Numbered from the stretch's first letter, positions 1-14,100 are shown. The stretch is DNA of 64,000 bases from Eledone cirrhosa (GCA_964016885.1 OZ024754.1:16864001-16928000), one strand, 5' to 3'. Numbers and translations: made by a program. The notes: a model not told the origin generated them from the sequence alone.

Positions 1-1505
1 TTGTAGTAGTAGTAGTAAAAGTAGTAGTAAGAATAATAGCAGTTGTAGTAGTAGTAAAAGCAGTAGTAAGAATAATAGCAGTTGTAGTAGTAGTAGTAGT
101 AAAAGCAGTAGTAAGAATAATAGCAGTTGTAGTAGTAGTAAAAGCAGTAGTAAGAATAATAGCAGTTGTAGTAGTAAAAGTAGTAGTAAGAATAATAGCA
201 GTTGTAGTAGTAGTAGTAAAAGTAGTAGTAAGAATAATAGCAGTTGTAGTAGTAGTAGTAGTAAGAATAATAGCAGTTGTAGTAGTAGTAGTAAAAGTAG
301 TAGTAAGAATAATAGCAGTTGTAGTAGTAAAAGTAGTAGTAAGAATAATAGCAGTTGTAGTTGTAGTAGTAAAAGTAGTAGTAAGAATAATAGCAGTTGT
401 AGTAGTAGTAGTAAAAGTAGTAGTAAGAATAATAGCTGTTGTAGTAGTAGTAGTAAAAGTAGTAGTAAGAATAATAGCAGTTGTAGTAGTAGTAGTAAAA
501 GCAGGAGTAAGAATAATAGCAGTTGTAGTAGTAGTAAAAGCAGTAGTAAGAATAATAGCAGTTGTAGTAGTAGTAGTAAAAGTAGTAGTAAGAATAATAG
601 CAGTTGTAGTAGTAGTAAAAGCAGTAGTAAGAATAATAGCAGTTGTAGTAGTAGTAGTAAAAGTAGTAGTAAGAATAATAGCAGTTGTAGTAGTAGTAGT
701 AGTAAAAGCAGTAGTAAGAATAATAGCAGTTGTAGTAGTAGTAGTAAAAGCAGTAGTAAGAATAATAGCAGTTGTAGTAGTAATAGTAAAAGTAGTAGTA
801 AGAATAATAGCAGTTGTAGTAGTAGTAGTAACAGCAGTAGTAAGAATAATAGCAGTTGTAGTAGTAGTAGTAGTAAAAGCAGTAGTAAGAATAATAGCAG
901 TTGTAGTAGTAGTAGTAGTAGTAGTAAAAGCAGTAGTAAGAATAATAGCAGTTGTAGTAGTAGTAGTAACAGCAGTAGTAAGAATAATAGCAGTTGTAGT
1001 AGTAGTAGTAGTAGTAAAAGCAGTAGTAAGAATAATAGCAGTTGTAGTAGTAGTAGTAGTAACAGCAGTAGTAAGAATAATAGCAGTTGTAGTAGTAGTA
1101 GTAGTAACAGCAGTAGTAAGAATAATAGCAGTTGTAGTAGTAGTAGTAGTAAAAGCAGTAGTAAGAATAATAGCAGTTGTAGTAGTAGTAGTAGTAAAAG
1201 CAGTAGTAAGAATTTTAGCAGTTGTAGTAGTAGTAAAAGCAGTAGTAAGAATAATAGCAGTTGTAGTAGTAGTAGTAGTAGTAGTAAAAGCAGTAGTAAG
1301 AATAATAGCAGTTGTAGTAGTAGTAAAAGCAGTAGTAAGAATAATAGCAGTTGTAGTAGTAGTAAAAGCAGTAGTAAGAATAATAGCAGTAGTTGTAGTA
1401 GTAGTAGTAGTAGTAGTAAAAGCAGGAGTAAGAATAATAGCAGTTGTAGTAGTAGTAGTAGTAAAAGCAGTAGTAAGAATAATAGCAGTAGTAGTAGTAG
1501 TAGTA
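1..1505. repeat. Minisatellite, unit ~36-48 bp: (GTA)n AAAG(C/T)AGTAGTAAGAATAATAGCAGTT
   Basis: Constant core with variable (GTA)n repeated from the window start to ~1505. Confidence 0.97.
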
Positions 1506-1812
1506 GGTAAGAGAGAAGAAACACTATGTTTGTGAGCCTATGTTCACTAGGTAGGCTTTGTTATACAGTTAATTTAGAAGTGCAAATAACATTGGGAGTA
1601 ATGATGGTGGTGATGATGGTAGTTGAAGGTACAGAAAGAAGACGCACCATGTGTGTGTGTGCCATTGTTTGTAGAGTGCCAAATAGTTTTTCTTTATCAA
1701 ATTGAAGATAGAAAGTTTGGCTTTTACACCTACCTCCCTTAGCACTGTTTTATCAGAGATTGCTTATTCATCCAGCAGGAGTCCACTTATATTGCAACTA
1801 ACCATCATTTGT

Positions 1813-2145
1813 GAAGGCGCATGGCTTATTGGTTAGAGCATTGGGCTTGCAATTGAGAAGTTGTGAGTTCAATTCTCGGACCGGGTGATGCGTTGTGCCC
1901 TTGAGCAAGATACTTTATTTCATGTTGCTCCAGTTTACTCAGCTGTAGAAATGAGTTGAGACATCACTGGTGCCAAGCTGTATTGGTCATTGCCTTTCCC
2001 TTGGACAATATTGGTGGCGTGGAGAGGGGAGACTGGTATGCATGGATGACTCCACAAAAAAAACTTTGCCTAGGCTTGTGCCTCGGTTGGAAACTTTCTA
2101 GGTACAAAACCATGGTCATTCGTGACCGAGTGGGGTCTTCAACCA
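1813..2145 (+). mobile_element. tRNA-derived SINE (head 1, tail type 1)
   Basis: A box TGGCTTATTGG (1822), B box GTTCAATTC (1867), then CORE-like CCTTGAGCAAGATACTT; homologous to 62900-63255 (-). Confidence 0.85.
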
Positions 2146-2160
2146 TCATATCCAGTGGCC

Positions 2161-2271
2161 TTATTGTTACCTGCCACCTGCGACCCATTCTGTAACAGAA
2201 CAGCTCTGCCAAGAAGTCTTATTGTTATCTGCCATCTGCGACCCATTCTCTAGTAGAACAGCTCTGCCAAG
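2161..2271. repeat. Tandem duplication, ~58 bp x2
   Basis: TTATTGTTA..GCGACCCATTC..AGAACAGCTCTGCCAAG occurs twice. Confidence 0.85.
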
Positions 2272-2767
2272 TACAATTCATAGTTTAATTCTATACTCTA
2301 CAATTTTAAATTTTTTACCTTACTTCAGATAATAGTCCCTAGCATTTATATATTTTGTTGTTCTTTTTTCTTTAAGGTTGTGCCATCATTATTCCTTTCT
2401 AGAAACTAGAAGACTGTCAGTTTTTTTTCTGCCAGTGATGTGATAGCTTTTTATTTTCCTGTTTCTTAAAATGCAATGTCAAATACTATTTTCCATATCA
2501 ATTTCTGTAGTCAGCTGTCAAGTTTGAGAAATAAAACCTGAGCCTCTTTTCCCTCATTCTTTTAAGAATTTCCTTTCTTTGGTGATGAAGCAGAAGTACA
2601 AGGAAATACTCTTTTTCTGTAGAGTTTTTCAAAATTTGCTTATATTCATTTGTTGTCATATCTGAAACTGATATAATAGATTATTCTGACATGTATGCCA
2701 GCTGGGCAAAATTAGGTAACTTTTTGTTTTTTATTCTATACATTTTGAAGACTGATCTTATGGCACG

Positions 2768-2814
<47 letters not shown>

Positions 2815-3309
2815 TTTCATTAAATGTCGGTTTTCCTCTGTCAAGCAAGGGTTGGACAGGATACTTCAAATTTGTATTAAGAAATTGTCAAACTTTTTTT
2901 CACTCATTTTATTGATTAGTCACAATCATACAGAAATGGAAAATGTCAAGTTATTTTATTCTTACCTGACGAAATTGAACAGCGTGGTTTATGTTAGCTG
3001 TCACTCTTATTGAAAAATAAAATGATGGTATAATTTTTAATATAAGATATATAATCCTTGGGTGAACAGCCAAGCTGAAGAATGTATATAAACCCTCAAA
3101 AGTACATCTCTTTCTCTAAAAATGTTGTTATGGCTTACATCTTCACAGGTTTAGCCAACCTTCTATGAAGTTACATCTTACAGGAGGTTTCTGGGTTGTT
3201 GGCTCACCATAATGGGCAATTTTTGTTACAATATTTAATTTTTTTCTGTTTTTGAATTTCATTGATATTCCATCTTAACAATTAGCTAAACAATTTTTTA
3301 AAACATTGT

Positions 3310-3670
3310 CTTAAACCGGCCGTATCCACCAGAATTCTCTCACCTCTTTCTGCTCTAACCGGCTGTAACTGGCCGCTCATACTGGTGGTAAGGTATTGTT
3401 CTCAAATTAAATAATTGTTTCTATTTTTGGCACAAGGCCAGCAATTACCCCAGTGCATTACTGATACTTTATTTTATCAACCCCATAAGGATGAAAGGCA
3501 AAGTTAACCTCGGCAGGATTTGAACTCAGAATGTAAAGGGCCATAACTATGCTGCAAAGTATGGTGTCTGATGCTCTACTGATATTGCTAATCTCAAAGA
3601 TTCAATATTGAGAAAATTATGTGAGGTAAACCCATGAAAATATGATAGTAAATATAGAGTAATGTAAATG
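3310..3670. mobile_element. Degenerate TTAA-type MITE interrupted by a SINE
   Basis: Flanks match the 42614-42829 and 45747-46046 family. Confidence 0.6.
3411..3595 (-). mobile_element. tRNA-derived SINE (head 2 family)
   Basis: Reverse complement of the 58012-58410 units (GAGTTCAAATCC..CTTTCATCCTTA..GGCCTTGTGCCAAAA). Confidence 0.85.
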
Positions 3671-4692
3671 TCGGTTAAGATGCTTCAGGTCATTGCTAAC
3701 TTTTGTAAGCTATATAATTATTTTTTCTAGTTTGTAGAACATAAACATGAAAATGTGTTTTACAAAATGATTAATATATCAGTAGCTGGAACTTTTATTT
3801 GTTTTCAAGATATGACATTTGGAAGGGCATCCAGCCATAGAAAGTAAGAGCAAGACAATTTTGAAAGGGCAGGTTCAGGCATTTTGGTATTGAAAGAGTT
3901 ATGATAACATTTTGTTATCCATGTTCTTTTGAAGATAATACATTGAATATAACTTTTAGAGAGCTGTTATCTTCATGAATATACACAATTTTACTACAAA
4001 TTATTCATTATTCTGTATTTATTTTTGTATTACTTGAGTCTATCAACGTTATCTTAGCCTAGATTTTCCTTAGTTTCAGCTGCTCTTGTTAATATTGATC
4101 ATGTAACAAATTTCTTTATACATATTTTTATACTCATCATTTTGTTTTCAGTCCATTAGTTTTTAAAGTATTTACTTTAGTAAAATTTAGTATTATTCTT
4201 TGCTTACAAAAAATCATCTGAACTTACACATTTTATCATGAAACTTGCAAACAGTATTACTTAATGTGTTCAGAACAAAATGACACATGTTTGTTTGATG
4301 TAAATATTCTTCAAATAGTTTTCACCTGTACTAAAAACTTGTTGAAAATAATAAAAAGCTAACATTTACTTTCTTAATACTTTAATTAAAAGTTGGAAAG
4401 AGCATGGTGCCTTAAGAAAAAAAATTCAATCATTGCCTCTAATAGGTTCTAAATTCAAGGTACATTACTAATTCCAATCTTTTTCACATTTCTGCATTCA
4501 TTATAAGCAGAGTATAATGTAACTTCAACATATCAAATTAAGATTAGAATATATAGTTGCCACAATACAGACAACTATAATAATTGTTGACAGCTATAAA
4601 CGAATCAAATGGGTAAAGTAGACAGAGATGCTTAAGTCAACCAAATGTTTACTTATCAAATTAATCTTATAAATCAATTTTTGAGTTTATTT

Positions 4693-5210
4693 AGCATGGC
4701 CGAATTGTTAAAAAGATTGCTTCACAATCATTAGGTCCCAGGTTCAATCCCACTACATGGCATCTTCAGCAAATGTCATTTACCATATCCTTGGGTTTAC
4801 CCATGCCTTATGAGTGAAATTGGGTAGATGGAAACTGTATGGAAACCGGTTGGGTGAACTGTACCTGTTTTTCAAAGGGCCAGCTTTGATACACATTGTG
4901 TCACTGTGTAGCTTCCTGAGAATTATGTGTTCCGCTGTCAGGTTCCAAAACTGGTTCCTTTGTGAGACGGATTTGGCGTGGCCAACTGGCGTGTCCCTCC
5001 TAATGACAGAGCCCTTCAGTACCACACTGTAAATGAGGTTGGTGTTAGGAAGGGCATTCAGCTGTAAAATGCCCAGCCAAATTTAGCCCTCACCAGGGCA
5101 AGGTGCAACATGGCCTACCCTGACCAGACTTGCCTCCCACCATGGACGACCCATCTAATTGATGGAAGCAGGGAAGAATTGACGCTAAACGGAAATGATG
5201 ATGATGATAT
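4693..5210 (+). mobile_element. SINE with tRNA-like head and RTE-type tail
   Basis: B box GGTTCAATCC (4741); module CACTGTAAATGAGGTTGGTGTTAGGAAGGGCAT (~5025); (GAT)n tail. Confidence 0.65.
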
Positions 5211-6142
5211 ATAGATATATCATCATCATCATCATCATCATCATTTAACATCTAGTGGGGAGGGCTGAAGGTGGTGTTTGTGTACGTGTGTGTGTGTATG
5301 TGTATGTGAATGTGAGAGTTGGGGGAAGAAAGAGGTTCCATGTTCAGGTGAAAGGGGTGGGGTGTAAGTCGGTGAGTGCGTGTGGATGGAGAGGGGGGAG
5401 AGGGGGGGGCGTGTGGAGTCCGGAGGCTGAGTGTGTGTATGTGAGGGTATGCACGTGTGTGTTTGTGTTTATATGTGGTGTGGATGTAGGTGGCGTGGTT
5501 CGAAAATAATGTGTACGTTCCTAAGGTATTTCCATGGAGTGTGGGACAAAATGTTGGAGATTCCACGGGTCGTAGGATGGATAGCTGGAACGATGACCGG
5601 TGCTGTGAAATCCTGGTGGGGTAGTGCGGAAGTGGAGAGATGTGGGGTGTGCGTACAACAGGAAGTGGTCAGAGGGTCAAGGCAGGGTGAAGAGATAGCA
5701 GTAGAGGAGGATGACAGGTAAAGAAAGGGTCTGTATGTGGTGTGGACTGTGTCTGTGTGTGCGGTGGTACGGTGGGGAGAGGGTGGGTAGGTGTGAAAGG
5801 TGGAGGGAGACGGGGGAGGTGTGGGAGGTTGGTGTGTATATTAGTGGAGGTGTTAGTAGGATGTGTGTTGTGAGGGGGTGGCGCGGGGAGAGAGGGAGAG
5901 AAACGGTGTTGGGGACGGAGGTGGGAGTGTAGTGTACTGGTGTGTGTGTGTGCGTGTTTGGATGTGTGCGTGTGTGTGTGGTAGAGAGGGTGTTAGTATT
6001 ACTGGTGGTGGGGAAGGGGTTGAATGCTGGTGTGTGTTTGGGTAAGGGGTAAGGTGGGTTGGGGGGAGGTTAGTAATATTAGTTATATATATATATATAT
6101 ATGGTTATATATATATATATATATATATGGTTATATATATGG

Positions 6143-6170
<28 letters not shown>

Positions 6171-6175
<5 letters not shown>

Positions 6176-6355
6176 TGAGATTCTACAGGACTAGAACTGT
6201 TTCATTCATTAGAAATCATCAGGAATCTCTGATGATTTCTAATGAATGAAACAGTTCTAGTCCTGTAGAATCTCATCTATATTAAAACTGTTATACTCTG
6301 CTATGTATTGAGTACCTTACTTACTGTGGTTACCTCCGATTCAACCCGGAATAAC

Positions 6356-6356
<1 letters not shown>
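6171..6356 (+). mobile_element. Penelope-like pLTR remnant with 52-bp inverted arms, in (TA)n
   Basis: Perfect inverted repeat 6171-6222 / 6229-6280 containing a hammerhead, then a 76-nt extension; TA tracts on both sides. Confidence 0.7.
6177..6229 (-). ncRNA. Type I hammerhead ribozyme
   Basis: Minus strand: GAGATTC CTGATGA TTTC-TAAT-GAAT GAA ACAG-TTCTAGTC-CTGT A^GAATCTC; 7-bp stem I, GUA triplet; stem II closed by a U.U mismatch. Confidence 0.8.
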
Positions 6357-6441
<85 letters not shown>

Positions 6442-6512
6442 TTTTATATTTATATATATATATATATATATATATGGTTTTATATTTATATATATATATA
6501 TATATATATATG

Positions 6513-6625
<113 letters not shown>

Positions 6626-6630
6626 TTTTA

Positions 6631-6671
<41 letters not shown>

Positions 6672-6676
6672 TTTTA

Positions 6677-6711
<35 letters not shown>

Positions 6712-6724
6712 TTTTATATATATT

Positions 6725-7122
6725 AGAGACTGAATTGATCTAGATGAAATGTAGTTTGGGTTTGTACCAGGTAAAAGTACCACGGATGCTCTCTCCCTTG
6801 TACGACAACTACAGGAGAAGTACTTAGCTAAAAGTAAACCTCTCTACTTAGCTTTTGTTGACTTGGAGAAAACCTTGGACAGAGTCCCCTGCTCCATTAT
6901 CTGGTGGGCTCTTAGAAAACTAGGAGTAGATGAGTGGCTTATGAGAGCTATACAAGCCATGTATAAAGAAACAGTCAGCAAGGTTAGAATTAACAATGAA
7001 TATAGTGAAGAATTTAGCGAGGAGATGACGAAGGACCGTGACAAGTGGAGAGATGCTGTGCTGAATAGGACCCATCCAACCCTTGCAAGCAGGGAAAAGT
7101 TGACATAAAATGATGATAATGA
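6725..7122 (+). mobile_element. RTE fragment: family-A RT piece joined to a family-C 3' end
   Basis: FVDLEK..DRVP..WWALRK matches 13080-13360; from ~7021 it matches 62188-62300. Confidence 0.85.
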
Positions 7123-9140
7123 TATATATATGTATTTCAGAGAGTAGCAGTGAAAGAGGGGAGAATGAAAGTTATCGACAAATTGTTAATGCGAATTCCT
7201 TTTTACTGTTATTTTTTACTGTACTGGCACACTAGTTTATTATAATTAAACTATTGAAATTCTGACTATTGATTTCTCTGCTTGTATGATAACAAATCAA
7301 AAGTTTCTTTCTTGCTTTCTTTCCTCTCTCTCCCTTTTTTTCTTTTTTAGAAATAGAATACTAGGTTTATAATAGATGCTTTTATTAATACTGAATAAAT
7401 TAACTGAATACTGGAAAAAAGATCTTGGTTAAAGATAAAAACAAAAATAATGGCTGTCATTATTATAATATATATTTATCTGAAGAATGCAAGATAATAT
7501 AGCTGCTAATAAAATTAAAATACCATGTAAGAGGAAGAGAGGCAAAGCAAAGGAAATTAGGTGTATCTAATGAAATAATTGTGGGGGAGTATTTTATGTT
7601 GCTTTGTCGATATCATTAATAATAACCTATTATTCAAGATTTTTTTTGTAATAATTCTATTCTATTTATCTCTTTAAGTAAAAGTCTGTATTTTGTTTAA
7701 AATTATTTTTGCTAATTGAAAAATTTATTGATGATTTTATTCAAGTCGATTCACCTTGATTTAAGAACACAGTGTTGTTGAACAGTAAAAAAAAATATAA
7801 TTAACTATATATTTGTTAAGAATATATTTTTATGTAGACAATTCAAATACCAATGTGTGGCCATTGTATTAGAATATTAGAGGATAACATTTTTTTTGTT
7901 TTCTAAAATTTAATCTCAGTAAAGCATGCTTTTACCACCATCATCGTTTAAGATAAATAACCATTCATTGATGTGTGTATGAGTATGTATGTATGTATGT
8001 ATATATGAATCTATGTATGGTATGGGTTGGACAGGTCTTTTCTGTAACTGTGGAACAGTCAAAACTATGAGTCACTTGCTGGTTTGTCTGTTAATGGAGT
8101 CTTCTTGTTTTGATGATTTCAAAAATTCCACAAAGAAATGCGTAAAATTGTGTAAGATAGAATTCATATAGGCATCATTGTCATCATTTGGTTTCCATGC
8201 TGGCATAGGTTGGATGGGTTGTCAATGTCCAAGGTTAGACAGGTCAGAGAAAGACCTCATCTTCCTCATATGTTCCACATTAGGCATGGTTTCTACTGTT
8301 GGATGTCCTTCTTAAAACTTCCCACCTTATAAGGAGTATTTGGTGTGTTTTATCATAGTGGCAGCACTACCAATTTTGGTAGTGTACTGGGTGAATTTTA
8401 TCATAGTACCAGCACTAGAGAGATCATAATATGCATGACCAGACTGAAGAGTTCTCTCTACCCTTATATTGTCTCTGTTTGCATTCTGACTGGGGTGGGG
8501 GTGAGGGGGGGGGGGGGGGGTATTTTAAAAGTTATGTTTAGCCCCTTTATGTTAGCATCTCTTTATTGACATACACTGTGGCTCAACTAATATTGAAAAG
8601 AGCTAGGAATTTGAAGCAGGTTAGTAAAATAATTAACTTTTTTATTTGTCTGCTGTTTTGAACATGACAATTTTAGATAAAATTATGTCTTAACTTAATC
8701 ACAAATATCTTGAAAGGTTTTGTATCATTAAATCAGGTTATTAGGTAATATGATATGTCTTAACTTAATTGTGTAATATGATATGATATGTCTTAGCTTA
8801 ATTATGAAGATCTTAAATTGAAAGGCTATATATTATGAAATCAGAGATGGTCTTTGGTGGGTTGATATAAAAAGGGTTAAAGAAAAAGTATTAGGTTATT
8901 GTGTAATATGCGATGTCTTAACTTAATTAAGAAGATCTTAAATTGATAGGCTTTGTATCATAAAATCAGACATAGTCTTTGGTGGGTTGATATGAAAAGG
9001 GTTAAAGAAAAGTATTAGGTTATTGTGTAATATGTTTTTTGTTTATCTCAATTAGTAGTAGATTTATAGTAGTTGTTTGCTTTTCTGGCTCAAAATTAAG
9101 TTTGATTTATTTTGTTAGGCTTGGTTTTCCTTCGAAGATA

Positions 9141-9989
9141 TTTCTCTCTAAAAATGAAAGGCAGGCTGTATGATGCTTGCATACGAACAGCAATGTTACA
9201 TGGCAGTGAGACTTGGGCATTGTGTGCAGAGGATATACGCAGACTGGAGAGGAACGAAGCTTGCATGCTCCGTTGGATGTGTAATAGTAATATACGTGAA
9301 CGGCAAAGCATAAATGAACTACGGGAGAAATTAGGAATAAGAGGGATCAGATGTTGTTTACTCGAGAGAAGAATACGTTGGTTTGGTCACGTGATGCGCA
9401 TGAAAGACGACAGTTGTATAAAAAAGTGCAGGGCGATAAAAATAGACGGTAGCTACGGAGTAGGCAGACCCAGAAAAACCTGGGATGACTTGATAAATTC
9501 TGACCTTACACACTTACACCTCTCCAAGACAATGTCACTGGACCGAGATCTTTGGCGCTACACAATAATACAGAAGACCCGCCTTGCCTAAGTACAAAGC
9601 GAAACATACAGTCAGTAGGCACCTCTTAACCAAAATACACCCCCGTCCCACTACCCCCACCCCATCCACACCACACCTTTTGATGTAAAGTTATGTTGCT
9701 ACCACAACATCCAGTCCGAAACAAATGAGGTCGTCTAGGTGTCATGACAAAAAACACACATAGTCCACGCTGTAATGTGGCCGTGTAGGTAACACGGTAA
9801 AAACCTCCCAGTCCACACTGTAAACGTGGTTGGTGTTAGGAAGGGCATCCAGCCGTAGAAAACCCGCCAGACAGTCCTATGCGAGCAAGACAACCAATCT
9901 TGCCTCAAGTGGGAAAATTCCCACTTGAAAATTCAAACCCATGCTAGCGTGGAAGATGAACGTTAAATGATGACGATGATGATGATGAT
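9141..9989 (+). mobile_element. RTE LINE family A, 5'-truncated
   Basis: LHGSETW..RWFGHVMRM..GRPRKTW, ~400-bp 3' UTR, (GAT)n tail. Confidence 0.93.
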
Positions 9990-11180
9990 TATTGAATGAG
10001 TCAGTGATCGATCATTCATTTCGTTTGAGACAATGACTGCTGGTTAGAGCTCTATAGATAAAATAATTGATAAAAGATATTATTCCATGTAACTTGCTCC
10101 AGGAATTTGGCAATAGATTATCTCTCAGTATGTGAGCTCTAAAGCTATTAGCACTTCATAGTTTAACATTGTATGTGTTTTTGTGTAAGGATGCATATCT
10201 CTCTCTCTCTCTCTCTCTGCGTTTCTATGATCAATACTAAAAAATAAAGTACAGTAATGCATATTACCTAAAGGTAAGGTAAAACTTTGACTTTTAAATC
10301 TAAGGAGGTGAAAGCCTAGTTTCTCAAACTGTTGAGCAAATTCTATTTTAATGTAACCCTTTTGATGCCAAACCTTCCGAGAGTGTTTATTATAAAGTGT
10401 TTACATTTATCTAAAAATATCTTCCATCATAAGAACTTTTTTAAAAGTTATGTTCTAAATACCTGCTTATTAATGGATTAGTTAGTTACTTTACTAAACC
10501 TCTCTGAATTCCTGATTATTTTCAAAATAATTTGAAAATCTGAGGCAGTGTCTTTCATAAGAAATAGTGATGTAAGGGGTTGAGTTAATGTTTGACATAT
10601 AAAGATTTTTTGGTAAATATAATACATCTTAAGAATAATGTGAATGAATGTAATTTTAATATAATTCTTCTGTTTCAAAGGATTTGAACATTCTTAATAA
10701 ATATAAATCACCAGCCAGTTGTTTTAAAGGATACATTCCTAGCCTGTAATGGAATTTATTTTCAGATGTATTGTTTTTTTTTTTGTTTTTTTTTTTAGTG
10801 AGGAGAGTAGGAAGAGATTTGTTTAGCAAACTAATTTTTCAGTGGTTTTCTTATCTAATTGATATTGATGGTAAACAATTTTGGCAATATCCAGACTTTT
10901 GAAAAATTGAATGTTAAAATGAAATTAAATTTAGCTACTGATAGATGTTGTTGTTGTTGTGCTTGTGTGCAAGCACATTCATGTATGTTATTGCATGTGT
11001 GGATTGTATACCTTGATTTATGTCTTTGTAGTACTGAAGCATGGTCGTAATCTAATGACTGAAACCAGTAAGAGAATGTACATATGTGGGTATATCCATA
11101 CATTTGTATATGGACCAGTTACATTGGGAATACTTTGCATATTTTTGCAGTTCCATTAACAACTTGTAGTTTTAATTAAT

Positions 11181-14100
11181 AATGTAGGCACCTTAAAAGG
11201 TTGCTCTAACGAGGTTGTAGAGATGCTTGAACGTAAGGAAGTTGATGTTTGTTGTGCTCAAGAGACTAGGTGGAGAGGTGGGTCTGCTAGATTCATTGTG
11301 GGTAAAAAACCATGCTATAAACTTTTCTGGGTGGGAAATGACAATGGGCTGGGTGGAGTAGGAATCATGCTAGCAGAAAAATGGGTAGATAAGGTAATTG
11401 ATGTAACTAGAGTGAATGACAGAATAATTAAAATAAGACTTGTCCTAAATAGAACTACTGTGACAATAATATCTACGTACGCACCCCAATCTGGACTACC
11501 TGGCGTTATAAAAGACAGATTCTATGAGTCGCTAATGCTCACTACCTCCCAAATAACCGACAGTGACTACATAAATATTGCTGGCGACCTAAATAGTCAT
11601 GTTGGACAACATTCTGATGGCTATGACGGAATCCATGGAGGCTACGGGTTTGGTACTAGAAATGAGGATGGCTACAGAATCCTGGAATTCTGTGACGCAA
11701 ATAACCTAACTATCTGTAACACAAACTTCAAAAAACTAGACAATCACTTGATCACCTATGGATCAGGGGAACACGCCAGTCAGATAGATTATATCCTTAC
11801 CAGAAGACGTGATAGAGTGTCTGTTGTAAACACTAAATCCCTCCCCCATGAAGAATCCACCTCCCAACATAGCCTCATAGTTAGTGACCTCATAGTCAGG
11901 ATGAGACATACTCGACAAAAGAGGAGGACTACCCTCAGGAGAAGAATATGGAAGCTAAATGACCTCACAGCCAGTAATAAATTAAAAAGCATATTACTTG
12001 ATGCTTTTGACAGTAAGGAAGAGCAATTAGAGTCGTACCATATAGAGGAACAGTGGGAATTCCTGAAAGCTAACCTGCTGAAGGTGACAGATGAAATCTG
12101 TGGCTGGAGCAGACCTATAGGCAGGAGGAGAGCAACTTGGTGGTGGAACAGTAAGTCGATCAAGGAGGAGTCGATCAAGGCCAAAAAGCAGGCTTGGAAA
12201 GTATGGCGGGATGGGGGAAGTAGAGAAGACTATCAAGTGGCCAGGAGGGAAACTAGGAGTCAAGTGTACTTCGCAAGAAGGGAAGCAGAGGAAAGAAATT
12301 TCAAGCATGTTCTACAATGCGAGGACCAAAAACGTGAGGTGTTCAGGATTGCTAGGCAATGTGTCAAGGAAAACCGTGATATTGTCGGGGAGAAGTTTGT
12401 CCGTAATGATGATGGTGTACTTGCTATCACTGACGCTGATAAGAAGTTAGCTTGGAAGTGTCACTACGATAGGTTACTAAATGAGGAGAATAAATGGGAC
12501 AAAGACAGTCTGCCCCACATCGATCCAATAGAGGGACCAGCAGTGCAAGTTGAAGGTAGTATAATAAGTAAGCAATCAAAGATATGAAGACAAGCAAGCC
12601 AGCCGGGCCTTCGGAGATAGTTGCTGAAATGCTGAAAGCATCTGTAACGGTGGGACACACTATGGTCACCCGGATAGTAAACCAAGTCATACAGAATGGG
12701 GTCATACGATAGGTTACTAAATGAGGAAAATAAATGGGACAAAGACAGTCTGCCCCACATCGATCCAATAGAGGGACCAGCAGTGCAAGTTGAAGGTAGT
12801 ATAATAAGTAAGGCAATCAAAGATATGAAGACAAGCAAGGCAGCTGGGCCTTCGGAGATAGTTGCTGAAATGCTGAAAGCATCTGTAACGGTGGGACACA
12901 CTATGGTCACCCGGAGAGTAATCCAAGTCATACAGAATGGGGTCATACCAAACGACTGGTGTAGCAGCATCATTAACTGCTACAAGGGTAAAGGAGATGC
13001 CCTAGATTGGGGAAACTATAGAGGCATTAAATTAATTGACCAGGTCATGAAGGTCACAGAAAAAGTTATATTAAAAGAATTGATCTAGATGAAATGCAGT
13101 TCGGGTTTGTGTCAGGTAAAAGTACCACAGACGCTCTTTTCATTGTACGACAACTATAGGAGAAGTACCTAGCTAAAAGTAAACCCCTATACTTAACTTT
13201 TGTTGACTTGGAGAAAGCCTTTGACAGAGTCCCCTGCTCCATTATCTGGTGGGCTCTCAGAAAACGAGGTGTTGATGAATGGCTTGTGAGAGCTATACAA
13301 GCCATGTATAAAGAAACAGTCAGCAAGGTTAGAATTAACAACGAATATAGTGAAGAGTTTAGCGTAAAAGTTGGTGTTCATCAGGGCTCTGTCTTTAGTC
13401 CCCTCCTATTTATTATTGCCCTTCAGGCTATAACAGAGGAGTTCAAGACCGGCTGCCCATGGGAACTTCTATATGCAGATGATCTAACGCTCATAGCTGA
13501 ATCTATGGCTGAACTAGAGAAGAAATTCCAAACATAGAAGCATGGCCTAGAATCAAAAGGCCTTAAAATTAACCTGTCTAAGACTAAAGTTCTAGTTTGT
13601 AGGAAGGAAAATAGGGCACTGGTCCCATCTTGGAAATGGCCATGCTCAGTGTGTAGGAAAGGAGTAGGCAGAAACTCCATTTTATGTCCCAAATGCAAAG
13701 TATGGGTGCATAAAAGGTAAGCTAACTAGGTAAGCTAACTAAGAACATAAATTTTATATGTGGCAGGTGCTCAGGTGCAATAAGTAGTAGCAAATGCCCA
13801 CAGGATACTAGCTCCTTCCATTGCCCAGATGGTTCTATAGAAATAGTGGACACCTTCCGTTACCTGGGCGACAAAATCAGCAGTGGTGGAGAGTGCTCTG
13901 AAAGTACAGTAGCTAGTCAGAACGGGATGGGAAAAGTTCAGAGAGCTTATACCACTATTGGCTGCTAAAGGTTTCTCTCTAAAAAGGAAAGGCAGACTGT
14001 ATGATACCTGTATACGAACAGCAATGTTACATGGCAGTGAGACATGGGCATTGTGTGCAGAGGTTCTGCGCAGACTGGAGAGGAATGAAGCTTGCATGCT

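Noticed and set aside
1813-1885. tRNA genes (also 21384, 57620, 58012)
   Set aside because: A/B boxes run into SINE bodies; no complete cloverleaf.
8690-9035. ~120-bp local duplications ending AAAGGGTTAA
   Set aside because: Decayed ends of a TTAA-type MITE; ordinary.
11789-12184. Antisense ORFs over RTE copies
   Set aside because: Shadow frames of the LINE ORF.
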